From the NCBI GenBank assembly GCA_034669905.1, contig JAXMOL010000010.1, forward strand, positions 1 to 64,000: 64,000 bases of DNA, given 5' to 3'. Below, one piece after another: positions 27,538 through 38,645 of the stretch (its first letter is position 1; each line of letters starts with the position of its first letter). This DNA comes from Candidatus Hydrogenedentota bacterium (GTDB lineage: Bacteria > Hydrogenedentota > Hydrogenedentia > Hydrogenedentales > JAEUWI01). Below the pieces are notes generated by a model. The model did no database searches. It had not been told where the DNA came from and saw only the letters and a list, made by a program, of their open reading frames with translations. Made by a program: the position numbers and the translations under genes.

Positions 27538-27774
27538 GCGTGCCCTCTTAATTTTCTCGAAAGCGAACTACGCTTTGCCTCACACTGGCTGCCCCACGTT
27601 CGCCGCAGCCCATATTGCTGTACTTGCCAAATTAGCACACCGCTGGGATTATGTCAATACTGTTATACGAGAACCTTTTTTTACATTTTTACGGCACAGG
27701 AAGCGCAAAAGGCACCCGAGCAACACACGCTGGCGATTGGAGGCGCTGCCTCCGGGAATGGGTGGGCCCGGCCC

Positions 27775-28866
<1,092 letters not shown>

Positions 28867-28872
28867 GACGGA

Positions 28873-30903
28873 CTACGCTTCCGGAGTGGCTTCCGCGGGG
28901 CTTTCCGCTGCAGCCGGTGCCGGAGCCTCCGCCGGTGCTGGCGCCTCTGCTGCTGCCGGTGCAGGGGCTGCTGCCGGTGCGGGAGCCTCGGCCGGTGCGG
29001 GAGCCTCGGCCGGTGCGGGAGCCTCAGCGTCCGCCGCTTCGCCGACCTTGTCGCCTTTGCTTTCCCCCACAGCCGTAAAGGCCGCCACGATGTTCTCCAC
29101 ATCGGAGACATTGACGGTGAAGGTGTTCTGCATGCCGCTCACCGATACGGGGTGGACCCCATCCGCCACTTCGCCAAAGGTTATCAAGCGGGAGGCACCA
29201 CTACGCGTAATGAGCGAGACCCCACCCGACTCAGTAATATCCGACGGCAAGCCGCCGAAATTCACATCGGCCGCTTCGAGGGTGAGCAGGGTATCCAGCA
29301 GGGCTTCGCCCTTGGCGGTATCCACGGAAAATACGCCGTCAGGACCTTCCAGGGTCCAGCCAGATTCGGCCTGACGGAGGGTGACGCTTTCGCCATTCAT
29401 CCGTCCGTTGATCCGGGTTACGTCATCGGCCTTTATATCGAGCAGGGCCAACTGGAAGAAGTTGCGGGGCTTCACGAAGAGCTTGGCCACGTCGGCACTG
29501 CCCATCACGAGGACCTGATCGTTTCCGGCGATGCGGACATAGGAACCTTCGATGCCCTTCGCTTCACCGGCCACGGAAAAGCGCCGGGTCTCTCCGCCCA
29601 CCACCACATCTACACTACGGGTAAACTCCCCATCGGCCGGCGGATTGTCTGTGTAGTCGACGGGAGTCCAGGTCGCGAGACCATTAATGAGCCCATCAAT
29701 GGCACTCTGCTGTACCTTAAGATTGGTAGCAGGGGCGCTAATCTTCCAGCTATCGCCTGCCTTTGCCAGGACCACCTGGCCTTCCGGCTGGGTCACGGTC
29801 ACGGAGCTGATGGCTTCTTTATCTACTTCCCACTTGGGCAGGTCGAGCAACTCGGATCCTTTGGGGAAGAGCTGTTCGAAATTGTAGCTGGAAACTTCAT
29901 AGACCACGTCTTTGTCGTTGGAGGCAACGCGCACGTAGCCATTGCCTTTCAGGTCCGGCCGTCCACCTTCGATAACGACTTCGTCCGCTTCACCAAGATT
30001 AACAACGGCTTTGAAGCCCGGCGTCTCCAGACCCCAGTCCCCTTTCTTGGCCGGGTCCACAATGGTGGTGGCCGTGAAGTTCTTCAGCTTGTTCAATACG
30101 TTCTGCAGGGAAACGTCTTTAAAGGATTTTTCCGCTTCCCCGACCAACATGGCCCATTCGTATTCGACGGCAGGAGTTTCCGCCGGGGTCTCTTCGGCGG
30201 CCTCATCCCCTTCCGGAGCGGCTTCCGGTGCGGGCACTTCTTTCTCCCGCTTCTCGAAGGTCATGGCCTTGTCGGGGGTGGTCATGGCGATCTTTGTCAC
30301 GCTCTCTTTATCGAGGGCCAGGATTTCCTTGTCCAGCCACGTATCGGCTTCCGGTGCTTTCGCGAGGTCGTCGCCCATCACGCCCGCGTCGGTGCGCAGA
30401 TTGGTGGACTCAACATAGATGGTTTTCTCATCGGCATTCCGCACGAACACGGTGCGGGGATCCGGGGCCTTACCCACGAGCACGTCCACGACGGGCTTTT
30501 CGGCACCCGCCTTATAACCCTGCACGTGAAAGGCCTCGTCGTCTTTCAGGCTGTAGTCTGCGAGTTGGGCCTCATCGGCCGCCTCGGCGCGGTATTCCCC
30601 CTTAAGGGCGACCAGTTTATCGAGGTATCCCGTGAGGGTGTCTTCCTTCACCGGGGCATCAAAGTGGCTTCGTACCACCCAGGCATCGCCCTCTTTTTCC
30701 AGGACGACTTTTTCCTCTGGTGTCGCCCCCGCGAAAAGCTCCAACCGGGCCAGCTCGTCGGTACTCAAGTCGTCGGGCACCAGGGCCTTCAAGTCCACTT
30801 GGGTCTCGATAGAAGGCGTACGCTGGGAACCCCGTTTCATTAATCCCAGGGCCAACAACACAATCAGGATGACCAGAAAGGGCATCAGTTTCTTAAAGCT
30901 CAT
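28873..30903 (-). CDS. DUF4340 domain protein (three repeats), N-terminal membrane anchor, Ala/Pro/Glu-rich tail
   Basis: Three repeats of L.K....W..., L..L.A......YGL-like and Y.R......VY.V patterns; usual partner of GldAFG-type ABC systems. Confidence 0.8.
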   Translation of the reverse strand: MSFKKLMPFLVILIVLLALGLMKRGSQRTPSIETQVDLKALVPDDLSTDELARLELFAGATPEEKVVLEKEGDAWVVRSHFDAPVKEDTLTGYLDKLVALKGEYRAEAADEAQLADYSLKDDEAFHVQGYKAGAEKPVVDVLVGKAPDPRTVFVRNADEKTIYVESTNLRTDAGVMGDDLAKAPEADTWLDKEILALDKESVTKIAMTTPDKAMTFEKREKEVPAPEAAPEGDEAAEETPAETPAVEYEWAMLVGEAEKSFKDVSLQNVLNKLKNFTATTIVDPAKKGDWGLETPGFKAVVNLGEADEVVIEGGRPDLKGNGYVRVASNDKDVVYEVSSYNFEQLFPKGSELLDLPKWEVDKEAISSVTVTQPEGQVVLAKAGDSWKISAPATNLKVQQSAIDGLINGLATWTPVDYTDNPPADGEFTRSVDVVVGGETRRFSVAGEAKGIEGSYVRIAGNDQVLVMGSADVAKLFVKPRNFFQLALLDIKADDVTRINGRMNGESVTLRQAESGWTLEGPDGVFSVDTAKGEALLDTLLTLEAADVNFGGLPSDITESGGVSLITRSGASRLITFGEVADGVHPVSVSGMQNTFTVNVSDVENIVAAFTAVGESKGDKVGEAADAEAPAPAEAPAPAEAPAPAAAPAPAAAEAPAPAEAPAPAAAESPAEATPEA

Positions 30904-31029
30904 GGTTTCTATTCTCCATGCTCCCCCTTCCTGTCAGAAGGGGTTTCAAACCTTGTCGTTCAAATGGTCGGACCCTGGCCCGGTTCTCCCCGAAGGTCGA
31001 ACCGGACCAGCGCCCCATACCTTGTCACA

Positions 31030-33561
31030 TCACTCGTTCACGTGGGCCATGGTGTAGGCGTTGCGCGAGCGACGACGGTTCATCAGGAAGGCAATGCCAC
31101 AACCCGCGATGATCACGTTGGCCAGGCCGTAGTTGATAATGCGCCAGAAGGACTTCGTGCTGTCAGACGGACGGTCAATGACCCGGTTAATCGGCTTACG
31201 ACCGCGCACCAGGGCGAGATTTTCGTTCAGCGTCACGGCATCCACGCTGTTCAGGAAGAGATCCAGGTTCGCGTCCCGCAGGAAGTTCTTCCGGAAGGTT
31301 TCCGAACAACCCAGCAGGATGAGTTCGCCGGGCTGCTCCACGACAGGCTCTGCAGGCGGCTCGGGTGCGTCGTCTGGTTCAGGCGCCGGGGGCTGGCCAA
31401 ACTGTGAAGGCGGCTGGGCCTTGGGCCACTCCGGACGTTCCTGCTCGGCGAAGGCATCGGGGAACTGACCTTTGATGCGGGCCATCAGCGGGAAGGCCTT
31501 GCGGTCCCCACCCGAAGGTTCTTCGAAGCTTTCACCCGTAAGGGTGGCACTGCTCGGCACGCTCCAGGCCTGGTCGCTGGTTTCCATGATGACTTCATGT
31601 TCCAGTCCCAGTTCCGTGAGTTTGGCCTCGTTCATCTCGAGGGCCGTGCCCCAGAGATAAAACAGGGCCGACAGCCGGTTGGTAATGGCCGTGTCTTCCG
31701 ACATGGAGGTATTGTTCACCAGGATGTGCATGGGCAGATTGACCTGCTGGGGGCCGCGCAGGAGATCCTGCAGGCTGTTGCCACCACCCTGGATAGACAG
31801 GGGCACCTTGTTCACATCCATGAGGATGTCGGTACTGACACCGAGTCCATAGTTTTCGAGCAGTTCGTTCACACCGGGGTTCTCTTCCCGACGATTGACC
31901 GACAGGCCCTGGGGTGTGGGGCGATAGTCCCACTCATAGGTCTGGACCGCCATGATGACGGACTTCCCACTCTGGAGGGCCCGGTTGATTTCCCAACGCT
32001 GCCGTTCATTGAGGGAGCGGGGATTGATGACCGCGAGGGTATCGTACTCTTCCGGCAGGGGGCTTTCTTTCGTGAGTTCCACCCGCTCCACGGTGTACTT
32101 TTCATACTCCAACACCTGCTGGAGATATTCGTAGGGGTCTTCGCTCTCGGGAATGGGCTGTCCCATCTGCATGAGAATCTGCTTCATCTGGGGATCAATA
32201 TTGACCGCTTCCTTCGGCGCCACCAGGGCCACAACCGGGGCTTTTTCCCGGGTCATCTTGTGGATGGTGTTGACCAGCCGGTACTCCAACTCCTGCAGTG
32301 ATTGGGGAACGATTTGGGGCAGGATTTCTTCGGCTTTGTCTTTGTAACCGACACCGATACTCGAATACACCAGCTTGCTGGTGACTTCATCCTGGCTCAT
32401 GGCCTGCACGTTGAAGGGTTGGACACCTTTCTCCAACATGCGCTTTTCGATGACATCTTCTTCTTTTTCTTCGTCGTCTTCTTCTTCCGACTGGGCGGCC
32501 ATGGGATCGGTGTAGGCATTGGCTACGTCGAGGTAGACCGTGGTGTAGTCCACCTTGCCATCGGCGGCCACCCGCATTTCTTCGAGCTTGTCAACGATGT
32601 CCTGCTCGAGCTCTTTCATGCCCGTAGGCATTTTGTCTTTCGGCGTGATATAGACCTTGAGCTGTACCGGCGTATCCAGTTCCATGAGAATGTTCTTGGA
32701 CGCCGGGGAGATGGTATAGATCTTGTCTTCGGTGAGGTCAAAACGGGCGATACTCGAACCCGCCATGAGGTAGTTGAAGAGGAGTCCAATGACCACGCTC
32801 ATCGCAAGGGCACCGGCAAAGATCGTCTTGGCCCGGGGGCGGTTACGGCCGTCAATGTACATGACGTTCAACACGAGGAAGACCGTGGTCCACACCAGGA
32901 AATACACCACGTCGGCCAAGTCAATGACGCCACGGGTGAAGGGACTGTAGTGTCCGAAGAGCCCCAGAAGGTCGGAGAGGAGCGAGCCCAGTCCGGGAAC
33001 CCGGTCATCGATATAGGAAGCGATGAATCCCGTGCCAACCAGAAAGAAGCTGAAACAGGTCAGCAACGTCACCGCAAAGGCCACGATCTGGTCTTTGAAG
33101 AATCCCGAGAAAAAGATACCCAGGGACAGGAAAAATCCGCCGAGGAGCACCGTGCCCAGGTATCCACCGAAAATGGCGCCCATGTCCGGCTTACCGAGGG
33201 ACATGAGCATGACGGGCACCGTAATTGTGCTGAGCAGGGTCAGCGCGAAGAAAACCAGCGCGGCAAAGAACTTGCCCAGCACCAGTTCACGGGCTTCCAT
33301 GGGGAAGGTCAGGAGCATTTCCCACGTATTCTCTTTGCGCTCTTCGGCCCAGATACGCATGGTAACGGCCGGCATGAACACGCAGAGCAAAAGAGGGAGG
33401 TTGTCGAAGTAGGGCCGCATGTCGGCCATGGGGAACGAGAAGAACTGGGTAATATAGAGGCCCACACTGATGGTCACAAAGACCATCATAAAGATGTAGC
33501 CTACGGGAGACGTAAAATATGCGCTCAGGTCGCGGCGCATAATCGCTTTGATGTTATTCAT
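31030..33561 (-). CDS. Fused GldF-type ABC-2 permease / GldG-family auxiliary protein
   Basis: N-half: RRDLSAYFTSPVGY, PAVTMRIWAEERKENTWEMLLTFP, LVLGKFFAA, RGVIDLADVVYF. C-half: RFDLTEDKIYTISPASK.IL..LD.PV, LEYRL...I, NLDLFLNSVDAV. Confidence 0.88.
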   Translation of the reverse strand: MNNIKAIMRRDLSAYFTSPVGYIFMMVFVTISVGLYITQFFSFPMADMRPYFDNLPLLLCVFMPAVTMRIWAEERKENTWEMLLTFPMEARELVLGKFFAALVFFALTLLSTITVPVMLMSLGKPDMGAIFGGYLGTVLLGGFFLSLGIFFSGFFKDQIVAFAVTLLTCFSFFLVGTGFIASYIDDRVPGLGSLLSDLLGLFGHYSPFTRGVIDLADVVYFLVWTTVFLVLNVMYIDGRNRPRAKTIFAGALAMSVVIGLLFNYLMAGSSIARFDLTEDKIYTISPASKNILMELDTPVQLKVYITPKDKMPTGMKELEQDIVDKLEEMRVAADGKVDYTTVYLDVANAYTDPMAAQSEEEDDEEKEEDVIEKRMLEKGVQPFNVQAMSQDEVTSKLVYSSIGVGYKDKAEEILPQIVPQSLQELEYRLVNTIHKMTREKAPVVALVAPKEAVNIDPQMKQILMQMGQPIPESEDPYEYLQQVLEYEKYTVERVELTKESPLPEEYDTLAVINPRSLNERQRWEINRALQSGKSVIMAVQTYEWDYRPTPQGLSVNRREENPGVNELLENYGLGVSTDILMDVNKVPLSIQGGGNSLQDLLRGPQQVNLPMHILVNNTSMSEDTAITNRLSALFYLWGTALEMNEAKLTELGLEHEVIMETSDQAWSVPSSATLTGESFEEPSGGDRKAFPLMARIKGQFPDAFAEQERPEWPKAQPPSQFGQPPAPEPDDAPEPPAEPVVEQPGELILLGCSETFRKNFLRDANLDLFLNSVDAVTLNENLALVRGRKPINRVIDRPSDSTKSFWRIINYGLANVIIAGCGIAFLMNRRRSRNAYTMAHVNE

Positions 33562-33576
33562 GCATCCGTTTCCTTG

Positions 33577-34527
33577 TTATTTCGTGGGGGCCTGGCCGGC
33601 TTTTTCGGTCAATGTGAGGAAGGTCTCTTCCAACGTGAGGGGCTTGTCGCCCAATTGCTTGACCTGCCACTTTTGGGCCTGGGCCAGATCGCTTACCTCG
33701 CGCCAGGGACTCACCCCCGCTTTGGTGTAGAGCAGGAATGCCGGGCAGCCTTCGGTATCATCGGCGCATTCCACATGGGAGACGCCGTCCAGGGCTTTCA
33801 GCTTGCTTTCCACTTCCTTGCGGTCGCCGGCCACGGAAATCGCGGTGCGCTCCCGGTCTTTGGCCTTGTGACGCAATTCGTCGAGGGTTCCGTCGCCCAC
33901 GATTTCTCCGTGGTTGATGATGACAATGCGATCGGCCGTGGTCTCCACTTCATGGAGGATGTGGGTGGAAAGGATAACGGTCTTCTCTTTGGCGAGATCG
34001 CTGATGAGATCGCGAATTTCGAGAATCTGATGGGGATCAAGGCCCGAAGTGGGTTCGTCGAGGATGATCACTTCCGGGTCATGAATCAGCGCCTGGGCGA
34101 TGCCCGTCCGCTGCTTATAGCCTTTGGAAAGCTCCCGAATGACCTTCCGGTACATGGGGCGCAGGCCCGTGGCGTCCAACACGGCATCGGTGCGCTCTTT
34201 GAGTTTCGCCCCGGAAAGTCCCCGTGCACTGCCCACGAAATTCAGGTAGGTCCGCACTTCCATATCCATGTAGAGGGGCAGCACCTCGGGCAGATACCCG
34301 ATCTTTTTCCGCACCGCCACCGGATCTTTCAGGACATCCACCCCGGCCACAATCGCCGTCCCACTGGAGGGATAGAGGTAGGTCGTGAGAATCTTCATGG
34401 TCGTCGATTTACCGGCGCCGTTGGGCCCCAGGAGGCCGACGACCTCGCCCCGGTTCACTTCAAACGACACATCATTGAGGGCTTTCACAGGCCCATAATG
34501 CATCGTCAGTCCACTTGCCTTGATCAT
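33577..34527 (-). CDS. ABC transporter ATP-binding protein, GldA-like
   Basis: GPNGAGKST, LSKGYKQRTGIAQAL, IILDEPTSGLDPHQI, ILSTHIL. Confidence 0.95.
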   Translation of the reverse strand: MIKASGLTMHYGPVKALNDVSFEVNRGEVVGLLGPNGAGKSTTMKILTTYLYPSSGTAIVAGVDVLKDPVAVRKKIGYLPEVLPLYMDMEVRTYLNFVGSARGLSGAKLKERTDAVLDATGLRPMYRKVIRELSKGYKQRTGIAQALIHDPEVIILDEPTSGLDPHQILEIRDLISDLAKEKTVILSTHILHEVETTADRIVIINHGEIVGDGTLDELRHKAKDRERTAISVAGDRKEVESKLKALDGVSHVECADDTEGCPAFLLYTKAGVSPWREVSDLAQAQKWQVKQLGDKPLTLEETFLTLTEKAGQAPTK

Positions 34528-34608
34528 CTTGAACTGATCTCCTTCATCCGCATTTCGATTTCATGTGGTCTCAGGCCGGGGGCCCCTCGCCCCGTGCACA
34601 CTCCCTGT

Positions 34609-34635
34609 ATAGACATGGCACGGCCTGCAAATTTC
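34609..34635 (-). promoter_or_regulatory. Putative sigmaE/ECF-type promoter of the gldA-htrA operon
   Basis: Minus strand GAAATT-16 nt-TCTAT, close to the RpoE consensus GAACTT-N16-TCTRA. Confidence 0.45.
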
Positions 34636-34820
34636 GTACCAAGTAAGCAGACCGATGCCCCACCGCGCCAAGTCGCGTTTTATCAGGGAGTTGGGCAGTG
34701 TAGCACGCACCCCGAAGAGGCCGCAATGGCGTCCGCAGACCTGAAATGGGTTATTTCCTGCCCGTTTTGCGTCACGCCGTTGGCCGACCCGGCGCCGTCG
34801 ATCCCGGTTCCCTCAACCGG

Positions 34821-37800
34821 TCACTCCGCACGCGCAACGCGCCCCTTCTCTCCCCGCAATATCCGAAGGGTAATGGGCTGACTGAGATATTTCATGGCCC
34901 CATTGGAGGGGGCCTCGATACGGGCCTGAATATAGATCTCCCGCTCCATGGGAGCCACCCAGGGCTGCACGTAGAGGTTCATCGCCCGGTCCGTTTCGTT
35001 CTCACGGACGAGGATACCATTGAGCCCCGTGTCCATCACCGACACCCCATAAGGCAGGTTCAACACGTCAATGGGCGAGCGGCTCGTGAAACCGTTGAAA
35101 CGTTCCAGTTGGACCGCCAGGGGGGCGGAAGCCCCCTGAGACACCTCGATAAGGTCCGTGTCGGCATGCACAAAGAGATCGGGCTGGGGTGAAACCACGG
35201 TAATCGTTCCCATGGTGGCCGAATGCTCCCGTTTTCCCGCCTCCGTTTGGGCGGTCGCCCTGATAGTCACGGTTCCGTTTCGGGGGCTGGAGGCGGCACC
35301 GGCATCGGCCCAGAGCCGGAGGAAGATGCCCTCATCTTCGGGAAGCAAGACCCCCTGGCTGGCATGGACACCCTCCGGTAGTCCGTCCAGAGATACGGCA
35401 ATAGGCGCATCAAAACCATCCCGACGCGTCACGGTTACTTTCACCGGATAGGCCGAACCTTTGTGGATATTGACCCGATAGGTCCCCGCCGAGACCCGAA
35501 AGTCGGGGGCCTGCTCCCGGAGAATGAGGCGATAGGGGCGGGCTTCTCCTGTTCCTACGGCGTCGCGCACCCGCACGTAATAGGTGCGGGATTCCGTCGG
35601 CACGAAGTCCAGGCGGGCGTCGGAGGAAAGCCGCTCTTCGAAGAATCCGTCGTCGTTGCGCCAATGCACGGGAAAGACGGGCATACCGTTGGGCGGGAAG
35701 GTGGTGCCCGGCGGGTGCAGCTCTACCCGATAGACAGAAGAATACACTGCGTGGTGCTGGGGACTGGTGCCGAAGAGGCTCCGTCGCTGGCCCCCGACTC
35801 CTGCGAAGACCACATCTTCATCGGCGTAGTCGGGGATTTTTGCCACCCGAACGATTTCCCCACCGGCCATGACATAGTCATTCATCGCGAGGGCGGACCA
35901 GTCGTCGAGGCGCAGGCCCTGGCTACGGGAATCGCGGCTGAAGAGGGTCACGTGGGTTTCGGCCGTGCAATGGGCCACGGCCTGCTCAAGCACCGCACCT
36001 TCCTCATCCAATATCTCGATGACCGCGTCCAACGGCACCCCCAGGCGCTCCGACTGCACTTCCAACACCATCGTCGTGTGGGCAACGCCCTGAAATTGAT
36101 AGACATCCCAATCGCCCGCTTCCCCCACGTGGCCATTCGCCACCTCGTAGAGCTCCAGGGACGACGCATTCGCGACAGTATCATTCGGCTCTACCTCGAG
36201 GGCCTCTTTGCCATAGCCCACCCCAAGACGGGGGGCCGGGATAGGATTCCCCGCGACAGCGGGCAGCGGCAACGCCATGGTATCCCAGGGAGAATGGTCC
36301 GCAGGTGACGTCACGTCAATGCTTCCTGTTGCCGTTCCCAGATTAAACCCGGAGACCGCTACGGGCGTCGTCTTGCCCGGTGCGACGCCCAGGGGGAAAT
36401 AGTCAGTCACATAGGGGAAGGCCCCGACATGAAGTCGATAGCCCTGGTTATCCCCCAACTCGGGGTCACTGATAGCCAGGGTATAGACACCGTCGGCCGA
36501 TGCACGAAAGCCGAGATTACGACGGGCTTCCCCTGCCAGAGCACCATTGTCCGCCACGATCTCGGCGGCCTCATTCTGGAGGACCAGATCAGGCTCCAAG
36601 GAGGTGTCGGTCAGGGCGAATACAATCTCTTCGCCCGATTGAAGGGTCACGGTGTACCGATCCACTTCGCCTTTGGCACCAATCTTCCCCTGTACCACTG
36701 TCGGTCGCTCCTCCAGAGAATGGGCGTCCGCCGCCGAATCTTCCTGCTCATCTGCGCGGGACAAGACGGTGAACATCCGGGGTTCGGCGAGTCCGTAGGG
36801 CGTTTCGAGATAGAGCCACTGCCCCCCCGGAGGGGTGTCCTCGGGAATGGTCACCTTCAGCGTCAGGTCGTGGGGTACGGCGTTGTCGTAGATCTGAAGC
36901 CCCGTGCTCTCCGTATTAAAGGCAAAGTCGGGACGCTCCTGCGCCTCGTTGCGGATGATTTCCACGGAAAGATTCGACGTGAAGTAGGCCGTCGCCTCGG
37001 CCAGATTCTTACCCGTGAGGGTCATTTCCACTTCCCCACCCCGAACGACGCGCACCGGATTGAGGCTGTTAATTGTCGGGGGAACGGTACCGTCGATGTA
37101 GACCGTATCCACACTGACCCGCCCTGCCTGCTCCGTATTCTTTGCTTCCATGGGCGCGGCCGCCACCAGGATGGGACCTTCCGCGCTGCTGTAGGTCTTC
37201 TGCCCGTCCGCGGTCTGGTAAAGGGCGAGGGTTGTGTCGTACCGACCTGCAACGAGGTAGTCCCCCGCAGGACTGAGCGCCAGGGCCATGAGCCAGTCGG
37301 GCTGGGCCTCCAGGGTCTGGGTCGCCATCATGGTAGCGGTGTTCCATATTTTGACCAGGGCGTCTTCCCCCGAAGAGGCCAGTTGGGCGCCGTCCGGGGT
37401 ATAGGCCAGTAAGAGCACCGCCCCGTCATGGGCAAAGGTGGAATGGACCAACACGCCGGTGGAGGTACTCGATTGGGTAAACTGTTTCGCCGAGGCGGCG
37501 ACGTCCCAGATGTAAATACGCTTGTCGGCCGAGCCTGCCGCGAGGTAGCGTCCATCGGGCGAGAAGGTTACGGAGTGCACGGTCTTCTCCGCATCGGAAA
37601 AGGTGATCAGGCGTTTCCCCGTGGCCACATCCCAGAGCTTCACCGTACGGTCGCCCGCTCCGGTCGCGAGATAGGCGCCATCGGGCGAAAAGGCCAGGCT
37701 GTACACCGCATCCACGTGGTCGGTGAGATCGTTGCGAAGGGTGCCGTCGGCCACATTCCAAATCATGCCGTGCTTGTCATAGCTTGCGGTCGCGAGCAGT

Positions 37801-38573
37801 GTATCGTCCGGGCTGAAGGCTACGTCGAGCAGGTTATCCCGGTGGGCTTCGATACGACGGACCAACTGGCCCGATTGGGTGTCCCAAAGCAACACCTCGC
37901 CGTTTCGACCCGGCTTCCCTCCCGCTGCGGCCAACAGGGTGCCATCGCGGTTAAAATCCAGGGCCCGGACCTGATCGGCGTGTCCACTGAGCAACAGGGG
38001 CTCCCCATCCTCCAGGACGCCCTGACGAGCGCCGTAGAGGGCGACGGTCCGAAGGGCCCCGCGGGCGACCTTATCCCCCCGGGGCGACCAGGCGAGGGCA
38101 CTCACGGGGGACTCGGCCCACTGGGGATTCACTTCGGCCACCGGCGTGTCGGGGCTCGGCACGGGGCTTTCCCCACCGTCCAGTGCGCCCGCCACAATCC
38201 ATTTTTTGATCAGGTCGATTTCTTCGGACGGCAATTGCTTGAACTTTTCCTCCGGCGGCATGAAGGGCTCGGCGGTCCATTCAATCATGGCGACGAGGGG
38301 GCTCGCTTCCAAATCGCCTGGCGTGATGGCCACGCCGTTCTCTCCCCCCTGCATCATCAGGGCGTAGGTCGTCATATCCAACTTGCCCTTGGGCTTCTTG
38401 GGTGCATCGGGAAAATGACAGGGCGCGCAACGCTGCTGAAGGATAGGTGCAATATCCTTCTGGAAGGTCAGTACCGTCTCAGCACCGGCCATCGGCACGA
38501 AAGCTCCACCGATCAACAGGGGAAGGGCGGTCAATAGACTATTGCGGGTCGTGTACTTGGACTTTGATTTCAT
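34821..38573 (-). CDS. Planctomycete-type cytochrome c - WD40 - PPC/Ig-like fusion protein
   Basis: Signal peptide; TFQKDIAPILQQRCAPCH (CxxCH), MPP, LIKKWI..GA; WD40 repeats (HVDAVYSLAFSPDG...DRTVKLWD); EVEPNDT, GDWDVYQF, LDAVIEILD PPC motifs. Confidence 0.88.
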   Translation of the reverse strand: MKSKSKYTTRNSLLTALPLLIGGAFVPMAGAETVLTFQKDIAPILQQRCAPCHFPDAPKKPKGKLDMTTYALMMQGGENGVAITPGDLEASPLVAMIEWTAEPFMPPEEKFKQLPSEEIDLIKKWIVAGALDGGESPVPSPDTPVAEVNPQWAESPVSALAWSPRGDKVARGALRTVALYGARQGVLEDGEPLLLSGHADQVRALDFNRDGTLLAAAGGKPGRNGEVLLWDTQSGQLVRRIEAHRDNLLDVAFSPDDTLLATASYDKHGMIWNVADGTLRNDLTDHVDAVYSLAFSPDGAYLATGAGDRTVKLWDVATGKRLITFSDAEKTVHSVTFSPDGRYLAAGSADKRIYIWDVAASAKQFTQSSTSTGVLVHSTFAHDGAVLLLAYTPDGAQLASSGEDALVKIWNTATMMATQTLEAQPDWLMALALSPAGDYLVAGRYDTTLALYQTADGQKTYSSAEGPILVAAAPMEAKNTEQAGRVSVDTVYIDGTVPPTINSLNPVRVVRGGEVEMTLTGKNLAEATAYFTSNLSVEIIRNEAQERPDFAFNTESTGLQIYDNAVPHDLTLKVTIPEDTPPGGQWLYLETPYGLAEPRMFTVLSRADEQEDSAADAHSLEERPTVVQGKIGAKGEVDRYTVTLQSGEEIVFALTDTSLEPDLVLQNEAAEIVADNGALAGEARRNLGFRASADGVYTLAISDPELGDNQGYRLHVGAFPYVTDYFPLGVAPGKTTPVAVSGFNLGTATGSIDVTSPADHSPWDTMALPLPAVAGNPIPAPRLGVGYGKEALEVEPNDTVANASSLELYEVANGHVGEAGDWDVYQFQGVAHTTMVLEVQSERLGVPLDAVIEILDEEGAVLEQAVAHCTAETHVTLFSRDSRSQGLRLDDWSALAMNDYVMAGGEIVRVAKIPDYADEDVVFAGVGGQRRSLFGTSPQHHAVYSSVYRVELHPPGTTFPPNGMPVFPVHWRNDDGFFEERLSSDARLDFVPTESRTYYVRVRDAVGTGEARPYRLILREQAPDFRVSAGTYRVNIHKGSAYPVKVTVTRRDGFDAPIAVSLDGLPEGVHASQGVLLPEDEGIFLRLWADAGAASSPRNGTVTIRATAQTEAGKREHSATMGTITVVSPQPDLFVHADTDLIEVSQGASAPLAVQLERFNGFTSRSPIDVLNLPYGVSVMDTGLNGILVRENETDRAMNLYVQPWVAPMEREIYIQARIEAPSNGAMKYLSQPITLRILRGEKGRVARAE

Positions 38574-38645
38574 ACGGTCTCACTACCTTTGTCGGCAACG
38601 CGTTGATGCAGGCTGCGCTCGCCCTATGGCTTCGCACCATCCCGA

